Position numbers and translations under genes: made by a program. Of a stretch of 64,000 nt of DNA, positions 1 to 9,505 are shown piece by piece (position 1 is the stretch's first letter; each line of letters begins with the position of its first letter). A model generated the notes under the pieces. That model saw only the letters and a program-made list of their open reading frames with translations. It had not been told where the DNA came from and ran no database searches. The DNA comes from a virus (Duplodnaviria; Caudoviricetes): positions 32,001 to 96,000 of IMG/VR virus record IMGVR_UViG_3300029305_005724. The stretch is one strand, 5' to 3'.

Positions 1-1
1 C

Positions 2-316
2 GTAGAGTCTTGCAAGGAAATCATGGCTACTCTCGCAAATGCCGATGTTTTTGCAAAGCTCAATGTAGGAGCTATGGCAGCAAGATCCCTTGTATCTAAT
101 GATGCAGATGCTAAGGGTACTATGACTGTAGCTGCAATTGAGAAGTATGACGCAGAAACTGAAAATGTCGAGCTTGTCTTCGCTGGCAAGAATCTCGAGG
201 TTGCTGGACTGATCGATGATACGATGGTTATCGTTCCTCGTGTTCGTAGCAATCATAAGACTGGCATCGTTTCGAAGATCTTTGGTTTCGAAATCGTTCC
301 GGCAATGGAAGCCTAA
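2..316 (+). CDS. Hypothetical protein, probably the 3' part of a gene starting before the window
   Basis: The frame is open from base 2 through ATG 23 to TAA 316 and is followed by a hairpin terminator. Confidence 0.6.
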   Translation, partial: VESCKEIMATLANADVFAKLNVGAMAARSLVSNDADAKGTMTVAAIEKYDAETENVELVFAGKNLEVAGLIDDTMVIVPRVRSNHKTGIVSKIFGFEIVPAMEA

Positions 317-330
317 ACGATTATACATAT

Positions 331-372
331 GAATATATGAAGAGTCGTAAAGGCTCTTCATATATTCTTTTT
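331..372 (+). terminator. Intrinsic terminator
   Basis: Stem gaatatatgaagag / ctcttcatatattc followed by a T-run. Confidence 0.75.
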
Positions 373-378
373 GGTGAT

Positions 379-392
379 ATATTATATCTTCG
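379..392 (+). promoter_or_regulatory. Early-type promoter ATATTAT-N6-G (representative copy)
   Basis: The same motif, with fixed spacing to a G, occurs at 3559, 7187, 9603, 12364, 17201, 26671, 49155 (+) and 48545-48558 (-). One-mismatch copies at 14754, 51851, 54125, 62029. All lie just upstream of genes. Confidence 0.75.
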
Positions 393-418
393 AAATAAAG
401 ACAAAGGAGAATGATATT

Positions 419-2785
419 ATGTCTGAAAAAATACTTGAAATGTCGTCAAGCAATCAATTTAAAACTGATTATACACGATATGGAATTTATATTCTCTATA
501 GACGAGTTCTCTCCGATTATAGAGATGGCTTAAAGCCTGTACAACGCAGAATTTTATGGGCTATGTATAAAAATACAAAAGCCGTTACAACAAGAGTTAA
601 ATCTGCAGCAGTTGTTGGTGATGTAATGAAATTATATCATCCTCATGGTGATGCTGCAATTTATGGAACCATGAAGCCGATGGCCAACTGGTTCGAGACC
701 TATGTACCATTAATTGATCCTAATGGAAACTTTGGTACATTCCAAGGAGATCCTATGGCAGCTGCAAGATATACAGAATGTAGATTAAGTAAGTTTGCTA
801 TAGATAATGTACTTGGGGATATTATGGACAGCCCTGAAGCTGTTGATTGGTCTCCCACATATAGTGGTGCAGCTAAAGAGCCTGATTACCTTCCGACTAA
901 GGTTCCACTTCTTCTTATTAATGGAAGTTTTGGAATTGGACTAGGTATGAGGGCTGAAATTCCTACTCACAATCTTGCTGAAGTTATTGATGCAACTCTT
1001 ATGTTGATGGATAATCCGAATGCGGAGGTTGTATTAATTCCTGATCATTGCATGAATTGCGAAATTGTAGAAACAGATTTCGCAAAAATATGTAGAGCTG
1101 GATTTGGTCATTATAAGATTCGTGGAAAAGTTGTCGAAGAAACTTATAAAAACAAAAAGGCCCTAGTCATTAAATCTGTTCCTAATCTTACCTATCTCAA
1201 TAGTATTACAGATAAAATCGAAGATCTTATTAAGAAAAAGAAAATTATCCAAATTGATAATTGTTTCGATGAATCGACAATAAATGAAATGAGATATGTA
1301 GTCGTTCTTAAGCCAGGCTCGGATCCTAACTATGTAAAGGAAGTTCTTTATAAAAATACCGGTCTTGAGCAGACTTTAAGAATTAATTTTGAGACTTTGA
1401 ATGGGTTAAATCCTTTGAGAATGTCTTATAAATCTTATTTGCTGAGCTTTATTGATTTTAGAAAGATGACAAAATTTAGAGTCTATTCAAATAGACTCCA
1501 AGCTATTCAAACTAAGATCCATGAAAGAGAAGCATATATTAAAGCTCTTGAATCTGGAGAGATCGATAATATTATTGCAATTATTAAGGGTCAGAAAACT
1601 GTTGATGATGCATATCTTATCGAGTATCTGGTTAAGAAGCTTAAAATTACAGATCTTCAGGCAAGATATATTATTGATGCCGATTTGAAGAGGCTTTCTA
1701 TTGGTTATTTGAATAAATATAAGATGGAAGCCAAAGAACTTGAATCGGCAAAGAATGAGTTAATGACTCATATTATGGACGATAAAGTTATTGAAAATGA
1801 CATTCGTCAAGAGCTTTTAGATATTAAGGCAAAGTATGGAAAACCTAGAAATTGCACTGTTATCAGTGGCGATGAAATGAATGAAATTCCTAAAGGTGAA
1901 ATGCTTATTGCAGTTACTGAAAAGAATTTCATTCGTAAAGTTCCAGCTAATAGTAATATCGGTTCTTTCAGAAATGACAGTCTTAAATCTCTTATTAAGC
2001 TTGATAATACTGATAGTATTCTAATCTTCGATAAGATTGGAAAGGTTTTCAAGCTACCTGTTCATAAAGTTCCATTTACAGATAAAGCAACAAATGGTAC
2101 TGACATCAGATTCCTTATAAGAACATTGACTTCTGATATTAGTACTATTATTCCGGAAAGTATATTCAAAAATCTCGTGGATAAAGGTCATTATAATAAT
2201 AAGCATTATATTGTAACCCTTACAAATAGTGGTCTTATTAAACGTATGGATCTTGATGATTTTATCAGTGTACCTCCTTCTGGAATTCTTTATGCAAAAC
2301 TCGACCAAGGTGATTTTATTAAAGATATTGTAATTGCGCATAGTAATTTCTCTCTTGTAGTATATAGTGATCGTAAAGCTACTGTAATGAAAGTAAATGA
2401 TGCTCCTTATCTTAAGAGAAACACTAAGGGATCTAAAGCAATTGCTGGAGTTGATCATGTTGATGGTGTATGTGTTATTCATAGTAATTGCACCGATATT
2501 GCAGTAATTACCGAATCTGGTAAGATTAATCGTATTAATATTCTTCAAGGCCTTCCCAATACAGGTAAAGGCAAGAGCGGATTGAACTTGATTAAGCTTG
2601 CTGCAGGTGATACTATTGCCGGTGTTGTTAGTGGAAATGATAACGACACTATCCATATTAAAATGGCTGAGGGTGATGCTTTAGTCAAATTCGCTGATTT
2701 AGCAGTTGGAAGTTCTATTAGTCCCGGAACTAAGGTTCTTACAACTCGTGGAAACAAAATTTTACACTGTTATATCGAACGATAA
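419..2785 (+). CDS. gyrA: Type IIA topoisomerase subunit A (GyrA/ParC-like)
   Basis: Motifs DGLKPVQRRIL, YHPHGD, GNFG, catalytic AAARYTE and IPTHNL, plus C-terminal beta-pinwheel-like repeats. Start moved to ATG 419 (RBS aaggag). Confidence 0.92.
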   Translation: MSEKILEMSSSNQFKTDYTRYGIYILYRRVLSDYRDGLKPVQRRILWAMYKNTKAVTTRVKSAAVVGDVMKLYHPHGDAAIYGTMKPMANWFETYVPLIDPNGNFGTFQGDPMAAARYTECRLSKFAIDNVLGDIMDSPEAVDWSPTYSGAAKEPDYLPTKVPLLLINGSFGIGLGMRAEIPTHNLAEVIDATLMLMDNPNAEVVLIPDHCMNCEIVETDFAKICRAGFGHYKIRGKVVEETYKNKKALVIKSVPNLTYLNSITDKIEDLIKKKKIIQIDNCFDESTINEMRYVVVLKPGSDPNYVKEVLYKNTGLEQTLRINFETLNGLNPLRMSYKSYLLSFIDFRKMTKFRVYSNRLQAIQTKIHEREAYIKALESGEIDNIIAIIKGQKTVDDAYLIEYLVKKLKITDLQARYIIDADLKRLSIGYLNKYKMEAKELESAKNELMTHIMDDKVIENDIRQELLDIKAKYGKPRNCTVISGDEMNEIPKGEMLIAVTEKNFIRKVPANSNIGSFRNDSLKSLIKLDNTDSILIFDKIGKVFKLPVHKVPFTDKATNGTDIRFLIRTLTSDISTIIPESIFKNLVDKGHYNNKHYIVTLTNSGLIKRMDLDDFISVPPSGILYAKLDQGDFIKDIVIAHSNFSLVVYSDRKATVMKVNDAPYLKRNTKGSKAIAGVDHVDGVCVIHSNCTDIAVITESGKINRINILQGLPNTGKGKSGLNLIKLAAGDTIAGVVSGNDNDTIHIKMAEGDALVKFADLAVGSSISPGTKVLTTRGNKILHCYIER

Positions 2786-2876
2786 ATTAATACTGATTAT
2801 AGACTGGGTGATTTTAAGCCTCGCCCAGTCTATAATTTCCTACATACAATTTATTTTTTAAAGGAGGTGAAATGAA

Positions 2877-3482
2877 ATGGCAGGTGAAAAGAAGGTTTTT
2901 GAAACAAAACAGGAATCTCTAGAGGACTATAAGAAATACATCAAAGAGCATGTTGATGCTGTCATCAAAGCATTTGATTTGTTTGGGGTTAAATTAACCG
3001 AGTATGTTTGCACCCATCGTGATGATGGCAGACATGAGGATTCTACAGTAGTATATAATACTTTATCTAATATTATTTCTACGCATGATCATACAAAATA
3101 TGGTATTGAAGAATTTGAAGCATATAGGGCTAAATGGCATCCTTGTAAAGAAGATTTGGAAAATCCGTTCCAAGTTAGAGAGAATTTTGAAGCTGCATGG
3201 AAACATCATTATTCTCATAATTTCCATCATCCTGAATATTGGGTGGTAAACTCTAATGGTAAAACCATTATTATGAGAATGAGTAAAGTTGCATTTATTG
3301 AAATGCTCTGTGACTGGATTGCTATGTCTATGGTTAGAAATCAGAATGTTGCTGACTGGTGGAATTCTCCTGGCGGTAAGAAAGAAAAATCTGAGATAAT
3401 GGACGACCAAGATGTAAAGCTTATTGATGAAATTCTTCATAGATATAAAAGAGATTTTGATTTTACAAATAAAGAGGCTTAA
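2877..3482 (+). CDS. HD-like metal-dependent hydrolase (DUF5662-like)
   Basis: Pattern HD-x-TK, W-x-HH-x3-N-x-HHPEYW and EMLCDWIAM. Confidence 0.7.
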   Translation: MAGEKKVFETKQESLEDYKKYIKEHVDAVIKAFDLFGVKLTEYVCTHRDDGRHEDSTVVYNTLSNIISTHDHTKYGIEEFEAYRAKWHPCKEDLENPFQVRENFEAAWKHHYSHNFHHPEYWVVNSNGKTIIMRMSKVAFIEMLCDWIAMSMVRNQNVADWWNSPGGKKEKSEIMDDQDVKLIDEILHRYKRDFDFTNKEA

Positions 3483-3626
3483 TATACATATATAAATCCA
3501 ACCAGTTGAACCGCTGGTTGGATTATTTATTTTTGCTATATTATAAAATTTCAGCAATATATTATAATAATGAAATAAGGCCACAAACTTATTTCGACTA
3601 CCATAAAATCTAAGGAGAAAATTATA

Positions 3627-4070
3627 ATGGATAACAGACAAAAATTCGAGAATTTCATGATAATGAGAAACGATGTTCTTGATAATGAAACCATGGATTT
3701 AATTCGATTATTTGCTAACGATGAAAATCTTGAACATGATATGGAACTGGTTGGTGAAGTTCAATCGGCTATAGAAGGAGCTCTTTATAGAAGGAATATT
3801 GGCAAGTGTCATCCATTCTTGTTCGATCCCCTTTGTGGAGGAGATTGCAATGAATGTGCGAACACAGATTGCCAAAATAATCCTGATTGTGAAGGCTTTA
3901 CTGCAAAAGAAGAAGATGACGATGACGATTGGATTCCCTGTATCAATGTTTTAGAGGAGGATTACGATGAGCATTTTGGAACGAATTCCCATGGCTGTAA
4001 TAAGAATAATTGTCCGTATCGTATCATGGAATCAAAGGAAGATAAAAAAGAAAAAGAAGTAGTTATCTGA
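3627..4070 (+). CDS. Hypothetical acidic Cys-rich protein
   Basis: RBS aaggag, early-type promoter upstream, CxxC-rich cluster, terminator at 4126-4153. Confidence 0.75.
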   Translation: MDNRQKFENFMIMRNDVLDNETMDLIRLFANDENLEHDMELVGEVQSAIEGALYRRNIGKCHPFLFDPLCGGDCNECANTDCQNNPDCEGFTAKEEDDDDDWIPCINVLEEDYDEHFGTNSHGCNKNNCPYRIMESKEDKKEKEVVI

Positions 4071-4190
4071 GTACACAAAATGAAGGATGTTCAAATCAAA
4101 GTCCTATTTGTGTGCTTAGATAACAAAGATGGGGCTTCGGCCCCATCTTTTTTGTATTTTTGATTTCTTTTTGTGACAATTATAGATTTC

Positions 4191-4202
4191 AACATCTGAA
4201 TA
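4191..4202 (+). promoter_or_regulatory. Late-type promoter AACA-N6-TA (representative copy)
   Basis: Exact + strand copies at 5807, 7049, 22023, 24838, 26523, 26690, 29505, 49198. Minus-strand copies at 26487-98, 34815-26, 37905-16, 48663-74, 49133-44, 61496-507. AACT/AACG variants at 10606, 17184, 52543, 55629, 61552, 62769, 42888-99(-), 60586-97(-). Matches the AR9 late promoter consensus as I recall it. Confidence 0.75.
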
Positions 4203-4227
4203 ATGATATATGAGAGGAGATGCTAAT

Positions 4228-5415
4228 ATGGCTATTAAATATGAAGCAAATACCTCAGCTATAAAGAAAAAATTATGGCCAATGGTTGAAGAATGTATGG
4301 CAAAGCCAGCTGCTAAATCAGCATATAAGAAACTAGTAAATGACTTTATTTCAAATAGAACAGCAAGTCTTTATGATACATTGCCTTGTGATCGTATTCT
4401 TTGCTCAGAAGCTGAAATGGATAAACTATTTGATGCATTGAAGATTGATAAGAAAGTGGTAAAAAGTATTATAGAAGAGACTTATTATGGAGAGATAGAT
4501 AATTTTAATCCTCTTGCCGCTAAGCATGAATTTACAATTCTCATGCTTTTGATTATAAAATATTTTTCTGAAAATAAAATGAAAAAGGAATGCGAACTTG
4601 CTTTAATTCATTTATCATTTTCTGGAAAGTTTTATCCTTCTTTGCATTATCGCTCTTACCCTACAGTTGTACCAGTAAGGCATGTAATGGAATATGTAGT
4701 AAATAATTGCTTAAGTAAAAAGTATGACTTGACTACTTATGGAAGTGTATTTGGAGCTATAAAATCTGTCGCAACAACATGGGTGGAAACTTATTCTAAT
4801 AAATTCAAGAGCTTAACCGATGAGGATGTTGTATATCTTGTACAACAGCTCCATAGCCGTGTCGGAAGTTTTATTAAAAATATTGCTATAGAATATTATA
4901 AAGCTTATGAGGATAAAGACCTCTATATTGCTTATTCTTCGGATTCTTATGAATCAGATGATTTCCATCTTGCCGATAGCGATACTCTTAAAGTTGCTAA
5001 ATGTACAGAAAAAACTATGAATTCTATAAATGCTATTGGTATAGATTATAGAATTTGCAAGATGTGTTCTAGTACGGACATAACTCCTAATGAATGTAAA
5101 GCTGTTATAGAAAGTATTGTAGGCAATAAGGAAAATATCTATACTATGAAAGAATTAATATCTTTAATGATATCCCTATACTTTGCTACAGGAGAAAGGG
5201 ATGTGTCAAATATTAATTTTATTACATACACCATTTCTCCAAAGCCAAATGCAAAACAAACAGAAATACTTAGAGCTAAAGAAATTATTGAAAACTGGCT
5301 TTGTGAATCTGGAACTGCTTATATGAGGCGTCGTTCTAGAATAGCAACTAAAAATGCTTATGAAAGAGCAGTTAGAATGTATTTTGCTTTAGTTATTCAT
5401 AATAGTAATAGATAA
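4228..5415 (+). CDS. Hypothetical alpha-helical protein (late promoter; possibly virion- or vRNAP-associated)
   Basis: Long ORF with RBS gaggag, late promoter at 4191 and terminator at 5424-5449. Function not recognised. Confidence 0.75.
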   Translation: MAIKYEANTSAIKKKLWPMVEECMAKPAAKSAYKKLVNDFISNRTASLYDTLPCDRILCSEAEMDKLFDALKIDKKVVKSIIEETYYGEIDNFNPLAAKHEFTILMLLIIKYFSENKMKKECELALIHLSFSGKFYPSLHYRSYPTVVPVRHVMEYVVNNCLSKKYDLTTYGSVFGAIKSVATTWVETYSNKFKSLTDEDVVYLVQQLHSRVGSFIKNIAIEYYKAYEDKDLYIAYSSDSYESDDFHLADSDTLKVAKCTEKTMNSINAIGIDYRICKMCSSTDITPNECKAVIESIVGNKENIYTMKELISLMISLYFATGERDVSNINFITYTISPKPNAKQTEILRAKEIIENWLCESGTAYMRRRSRIATKNAYERAVRMYFALVIHNSNR

Positions 5416-5588
5416 AAAGAAAATCCCATGGAGAGAAATCTCCATGGGAATAAATTTTGCAAAAAAAAAGAAAGTGGATTCCACCATCTATCCACCACCC
5501 TTATTCTAAGGTTAGTAAGATTTTATTTTATTACAATCTCTATCTTTTAATTAATTCATAAATAAAATAATAAAGATAATTAATTTAT

Positions 5589-5720
5589 AGAAAGCACGAA
5601 ATATCAGAAAGCACGAAATATCAGAAAGCACGAAATATCAGAAAGCACGAAATATCAGAAAGCACGAAATATCAGAAAGCACGAAATATCAGAAAGCACG
5701 AAATATCAGAAAGCACGAAA
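5589..5720 (+). repeat. Perfect 17-bp tandem repeat AGAAAGCACGAAATATC, 7 copies plus a 13-bp partial (iteron-like)
   Basis: Read directly; no spacers. AT-rich flank on the left and inverted repeat aaagggatct/agatcccttt (5718-5740) on the right. Confidence 0.97.
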
Positions 5721-5817
5721 GGGATCTTTTAGATCCCTTTCTAGTTAATTTATATAAAAATAAAACATTATATAAGATACATTTATTCAACTTTAGACTT
5801 AGTAATAACACTTAAAT

Positions 5818-6255
5818 AAGAGCTTGCTGAATGGTATCATATAATATATTGTCCACCACGATATATCGCAATGTGTACCCCAAAGCATAACAATTGATAC
5901 ACACTTTCCATAAATTTATTAAATTATAGCAAATTCGCTTATCTGAAGCCTGACGTTGTGTCTTATGAGAAGATTATTTATTTAGGGGCTAAATAGTGAT
6001 ATAGCATTTCTATACTAATAAATTTCGAGAGATACGGGTTTAATCTCTCTAATTCGGATACTGATTGGTTTTTCACTTCCCCAAATCAAGTCCTTTAAAT
6101 TGTTATCTATTATACACAAAGCCACACCCCCACTGATGATATTGTTCCCATTTTCACAAAATCCCCAGTGAGCTCTTAAGATCTTTTAAATCCTTCGGCC
6201 GAAGGTAATGCAGATAGAGGTTTATTTCTTTTTCCTCTATCTGCATTTTCTTTTT
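5818..6255 (+). ncRNA. Candidate structured non-coding RNA
   Basis: Late promoter at 5807-5818. 5' taagagct pairs with agctctta (6171-78). Internal stems, no long ORF, and a 14-bp terminator stem at 6207-6247 with T-tract. Confidence 0.45.
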
Positions 6256-6321
6256 ATTTTACCAAATTTATGATTTTCTTATTGGACATAAAAATAAGAA
6301 ATATTCGAAGGAGGTAACAAT

Positions 6322-7047
6322 ATGACACCCCAAAGAGAAAAAGCTGAAAACTTAATTTATCAAGTAATGGATAAACTTGATAAAGATGAATATAATTCTT
6401 CTCATTATAAAAAACTTTTTGCAGGAATGAGTGATGCACAGTTTATGAATTTCTGTAAAAGACATTTACCATTTAGATTTCATACTAAACCATTCGTTGT
6501 AGAACCGAAATTATATGATATTAAAGAAGCATTAAAAGTACTTAGAGTACCGCTTCTTGAAAAAGTGGCTTTGCCTTATCTTTATACTGATAAAGATGGA
6601 AACCCAGTATGGTCAAAAGAAGCAATGGTAGTTTATATTCATATTAAGAAAATGAAACAATTTATTACAAAGAAAAACTCAACACCTTCTGGAATTGATA
6701 CTCGTGATATGAAATCTGGATTGCTTGTATCTTTTGATAAAGGTGGCAAAACTTCTGATAGAGAAATGGAAGCTCTTGCCGTTATGGGATTAGACAAGAC
6801 TATGGCAGAAATGTCTACATGGAGAGCTGACTATATGGATGCAAAATCGGTTGCATACCAGACAATCAGCACAATGGGAAAAATTTCAGAAAAAGAAATT
6901 CCTATTGAAGAAACGGACTCTATTTCAAAGAATACTTTAAACGCATATATGGTATCTGCTTTACTCAATACAAATATTTTGAATAAAGATTATATGCTAC
7001 CCAAAACATTGGCTGGTAAAAAGGCAAAGATTGAAAGAGAATATTGA
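6322..7047 (+). CDS. RNA polymerase beta-subunit extreme C-terminal fragment (probably virion RNAP)
   Basis: YIHIKKMKQ..KKNS, KGGKTSDREMEAL and EMSTWRAD..AK..AYQTI align by eye with the RpoB C-terminus (YMLKLxH..DK, GGQRFGEMEVWAL, EMLTVKSDD). It duplicates the end of 12436..14682, implying a second enzyme. Confidence 0.75.
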   Translation: MTPQREKAENLIYQVMDKLDKDEYNSSHYKKLFAGMSDAQFMNFCKRHLPFRFHTKPFVVEPKLYDIKEALKVLRVPLLEKVALPYLYTDKDGNPVWSKEAMVVYIHIKKMKQFITKKNSTPSGIDTRDMKSGLLVSFDKGGKTSDREMEALAVMGLDKTMAEMSTWRADYMDAKSVAYQTISTMGKISEKEIPIEETDSISKNTLNAYMVSALLNTNILNKDYMLPKTLAGKKAKIEREY

Positions 7048-7059
7048 TAACAATAAAGT

Positions 7060-7180
7060 AAGGTTCTGTTTCATAGCCTAAAAACGCGTTTCATTTCAGA
7101 CTCTATCCTCAAAGAGTCAAAACACCTTCCTTAATTATATAAAATACCGGATAGCGTAAAACGTTATCCGGTATACTTTT
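7060..7180 (+). ncRNA. Candidate small RNA with anti-SD/anti-ATG tracts
   Basis: Late promoter 7049-7060 directly after the upstream stop codon. tttCAT occurs twice, CCTC sits in a hairpin loop, CACCTTCCTT follows, terminator at 7144-7180. Confidence 0.4.
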
Positions 7181-7270
7181 GATTACATATTATATTTATG
7201 AACTTAGAAGTAAATGATAAAAAGTTCGACATTTTTATCTCATTAAAATAAAGGAAAGGAGATTATTAAT

Positions 7271-7429
7271 ATGAGTAAAAATTATGGCGTAATCAATGAG
7301 CAGGGTTTCGTCGCAGGAAATAACCTCGGCTTTAATCCCCTCAGTGAATCCGACAAAAATGCACTTGACCAGAAGCAGAAGGCTACTGATGATAAAGATC
7401 AGAAGTCTAATAAAGAAAACAGCAAGTAA
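7271..7429 (+). CDS. Small hydrophilic protein, 52 aa (MSKNYGVINEQGF...KENSK), missing from the ORF track
   Basis: Strong RBS aaggaaaggag, early promoter at 7187, hairpin at about 7446-7476 after the stop. Confidence 0.75.
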   Translation: MSKNYGVINEQGFVAGNNLGFNPLSESDKNALDQKQKATDDKDQKSNKENSK

Positions 7430-7505
7430 TTCAACTCAAGTAACCCAGACCAGAAGCTACCACAGGCTTCTGGTCTAAAATTTTATTTAAGGAGAAGAAA
7501 AACAA

Positions 7506-8396
7506 ATGAAAACCACAAGAGTACAGAACAAGAAAAAGGCAATTAAAATAACTACAAATTTAATTGCTATCACGCTTTTTGCACTTATCGTTACAGTAAT
7601 AATTCTTTTAGCTTCTTTATTTATTGAGAATAAAGAAATTGAAAGAGATGATAATGATTCGTATATAAAAGCAGAAACAACAAGCTACAATAATTTTCAA
7701 ACAGAGCAAGTAGCAAAACCGGAAGTCAAGGCTCAAACTTATTATGTAAAATCTGGAGATTCCTTTTGGTCCATATCTAATGATTTTTATGGAACTGGAA
7801 TTTACTATACAGCTATTGCATACTATAATGAGCTTTCTACCACTTCTATTCTTCATATTGGAGATAAACTTTTAGTACCTAGTCTTGATGATGAAGCATT
7901 TATTAATCTTTATAATAATATTGTTTCTGGCAATCAGACAAAGGTTGAAGAGTTTAATAATTCTATGAAAGGGCAAACAATCAAAGCAGGAACTAATCAT
8001 AATTATAAATATGGAAAAAGGATGGATCCTGCAGTAGATATAACGGTCCCTTCTGGTAATGATATGAGAAATTATACTAAATCCGTGAATACATCTTCCT
8101 TTACATATCTTGGTAGTTATAAGATTACAGGATATACTCCTTCTTGTGAGCATTGCTGTGAAGCTACTGAAGGCATTGGAGCAAGTGGTGTTCAAATGAT
8201 TTGCGGATATAGTGTAGCCGCTCCTTATAACCTTCCATTCGGTACAACAATCTATATTGAAGGATATGGATTCTATGTTGTAGAAGATAGAGGTTATCTT
8301 GGAGATAGCACAATAGATATTGCTTGCCCTACGCATAATGATTGTTATGCTATTACAGGAAATAATATCAATGTCTATATCGTTCCTAATAATTAA
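7506..8396 (+). CDS. Membrane-anchored LysM + 3D-domain peptidoglycan-binding/lytic protein
   Basis: N-terminal basic stretch plus TM helix. LysM (YYVKSGDSFWSIS...LHIGDKLLVP) and 3D domain (ITGY, VAA...LPFGT.IYIEGYG..VVEDRG...IDI). Confidence 0.88.
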   Translation: MKTTRVQNKKKAIKITTNLIAITLFALIVTVIILLASLFIENKEIERDDNDSYIKAETTSYNNFQTEQVAKPEVKAQTYYVKSGDSFWSISNDFYGTGIYYTAIAYYNELSTTSILHIGDKLLVPSLDDEAFINLYNNIVSGNQTKVEEFNNSMKGQTIKAGTNHNYKYGKRMDPAVDITVPSGNDMRNYTKSVNTSSFTYLGSYKITGYTPSCEHCCEATEGIGASGVQMICGYSVAAPYNLPFGTTIYIEGYGFYVVEDRGYLGDSTIDIACPTHNDCYAITGNNINVYIVPNN

Positions 8397-8410
8397 ATAA
8401 AAATCTCAAT

Positions 8411-8989
8411 ATGGAGGAAATAATAATGGAAAACAAAATTCATCTCTACATCATTCAGACCGGTGTTATCTCTGAAAAGATTTGTACAACTGGAGATCAT
8501 GTATACCTTAGTAGTAGAATTCAGGATAATAATTTTGTCCGTTTCAATTATATGGGAGCGGCAGAATATGAATGGGGAGCATCTGGTAGAAGCTTCAAAA
8601 GAATCATGGATGAATTCGAAAAGTATTAACTGAATAAATCTAGATTCAAAAATGCAAATGATGTTCCTTTTTATATCTGGTGCAAGCCTGAAGATCTTGG
8701 TAAGATCGAAGATGCTATCCAGGATTATCTTGATTACAAAATCATTAATGGTAATCGTTCTTGGAGAGCACCCGATACAAGATTGAAAGAGCCTTGCCAT
8801 TTAAAAGCTCATCTCTTATATGATGAATATAAGAGCGATGTATGGGCTAGACAGCATAATAATTTCTGGTGGGATTTTGTAAATGATTGGATGGGATTCT
8901 TTGGAGCTGAAGACAGGGTCAAAGGATTTAATCTTGTCATGAAAAATGAATACCGTAGATATACAACTATAGATACAGAACACGTATAA
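8411..8989 (+). pseudogene. Single gene interrupted by one in-frame TAA (8627-8629); paralog of 9017..9505
   Basis: ORFs 8411..8629 and 8783..8989 share a frame, the gap between them is open, and the joined product is colinear with the next gene. Confidence 0.8.
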
Positions 8990-9016
8990 AATAAAATACA
9001 AAGGAGAGTACAGCTT

Positions 9017-9505
9017 ATGTATTTTTACACAGTTCAACCTTGTGAGGTAAAAGCAATATCTGCACCTCAGTCTCTTTATAAAAATGATAGTCTTCTCTAC
9101 ATCGAATCAATGGATTCTGATGATTTTGAAGAAGCAATGATCGACAACAGCTTCAATAGAATTTTTAATCATTATCAAGAGTATGTATACCTTCCTCTTG
9201 ATGAGTTTGCAAATGTTGATGGTGATATTCCTTATCTTCTTTGCAAACAAGATGACATTGAGGCAATTAAGAAACGTCTTAGAGACTATCTCAACCATCA
9301 ATACCCCGATAGAACTACCAAAGCTCCTTGTAGATTTCATTCTCATTATTCTAAAGGTGAAGGCGAAATGTATTGGAGGCAAAGAAAAACCACATTCTGG
9401 TGGGATATTGATAAGGACTTCATGCTAATGTTTATGAATTCTGGTGATATGGCTAGATTTGTAGATATTATGATAAAAGAGCATGATAGATTTTTACAAA
9501 AATAA
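9017..9505 (+). CDS. Hypothetical protein (FWWD motif)
   Basis: RBS aaggag; homologous to the preceding interrupted gene. Confidence 0.8.
   Translation: MYFYTVQPCEVKAISAPQSLYKNDSLLYIESMDSDDFEEAMIDNSFNRIFNHYQEYVYLPLDEFANVDGDIPYLLCKQDDIEAIKKRLRDYLNHQYPDRTTKAPCRFHSHYSKGEGEMYWRQRKTTFWWDIDKDFMLMFMNSGDMARFVDIMIKEHDRFLQK

Noticed and set aside
706-738. LIDP in the topoisomerase (and LIDPILR in 57103..57465, HQPLIF in the neck protein) as copies of the shared motif
   Set aside because: The first is the conserved PLIDGxGNFG topoisomerase motif; the others lack the P-M/F core and were not counted.
5589-5720. CRISPR array
   Set aside because: The repeats are contiguous with no spacers, only 17 bp long, and no cas genes are present.
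7296-7478. 60-aa ORF in the track
   Set aside because: It has no RBS and runs through a hairpin; the overlapping frame 7271..7429 has the strong RBS.
8627-8629. Stop-codon reassignment
   Set aside because: There is only one in-frame TAA; core genes are intact in code 11 and TAA, TGA and TAG all end genes.
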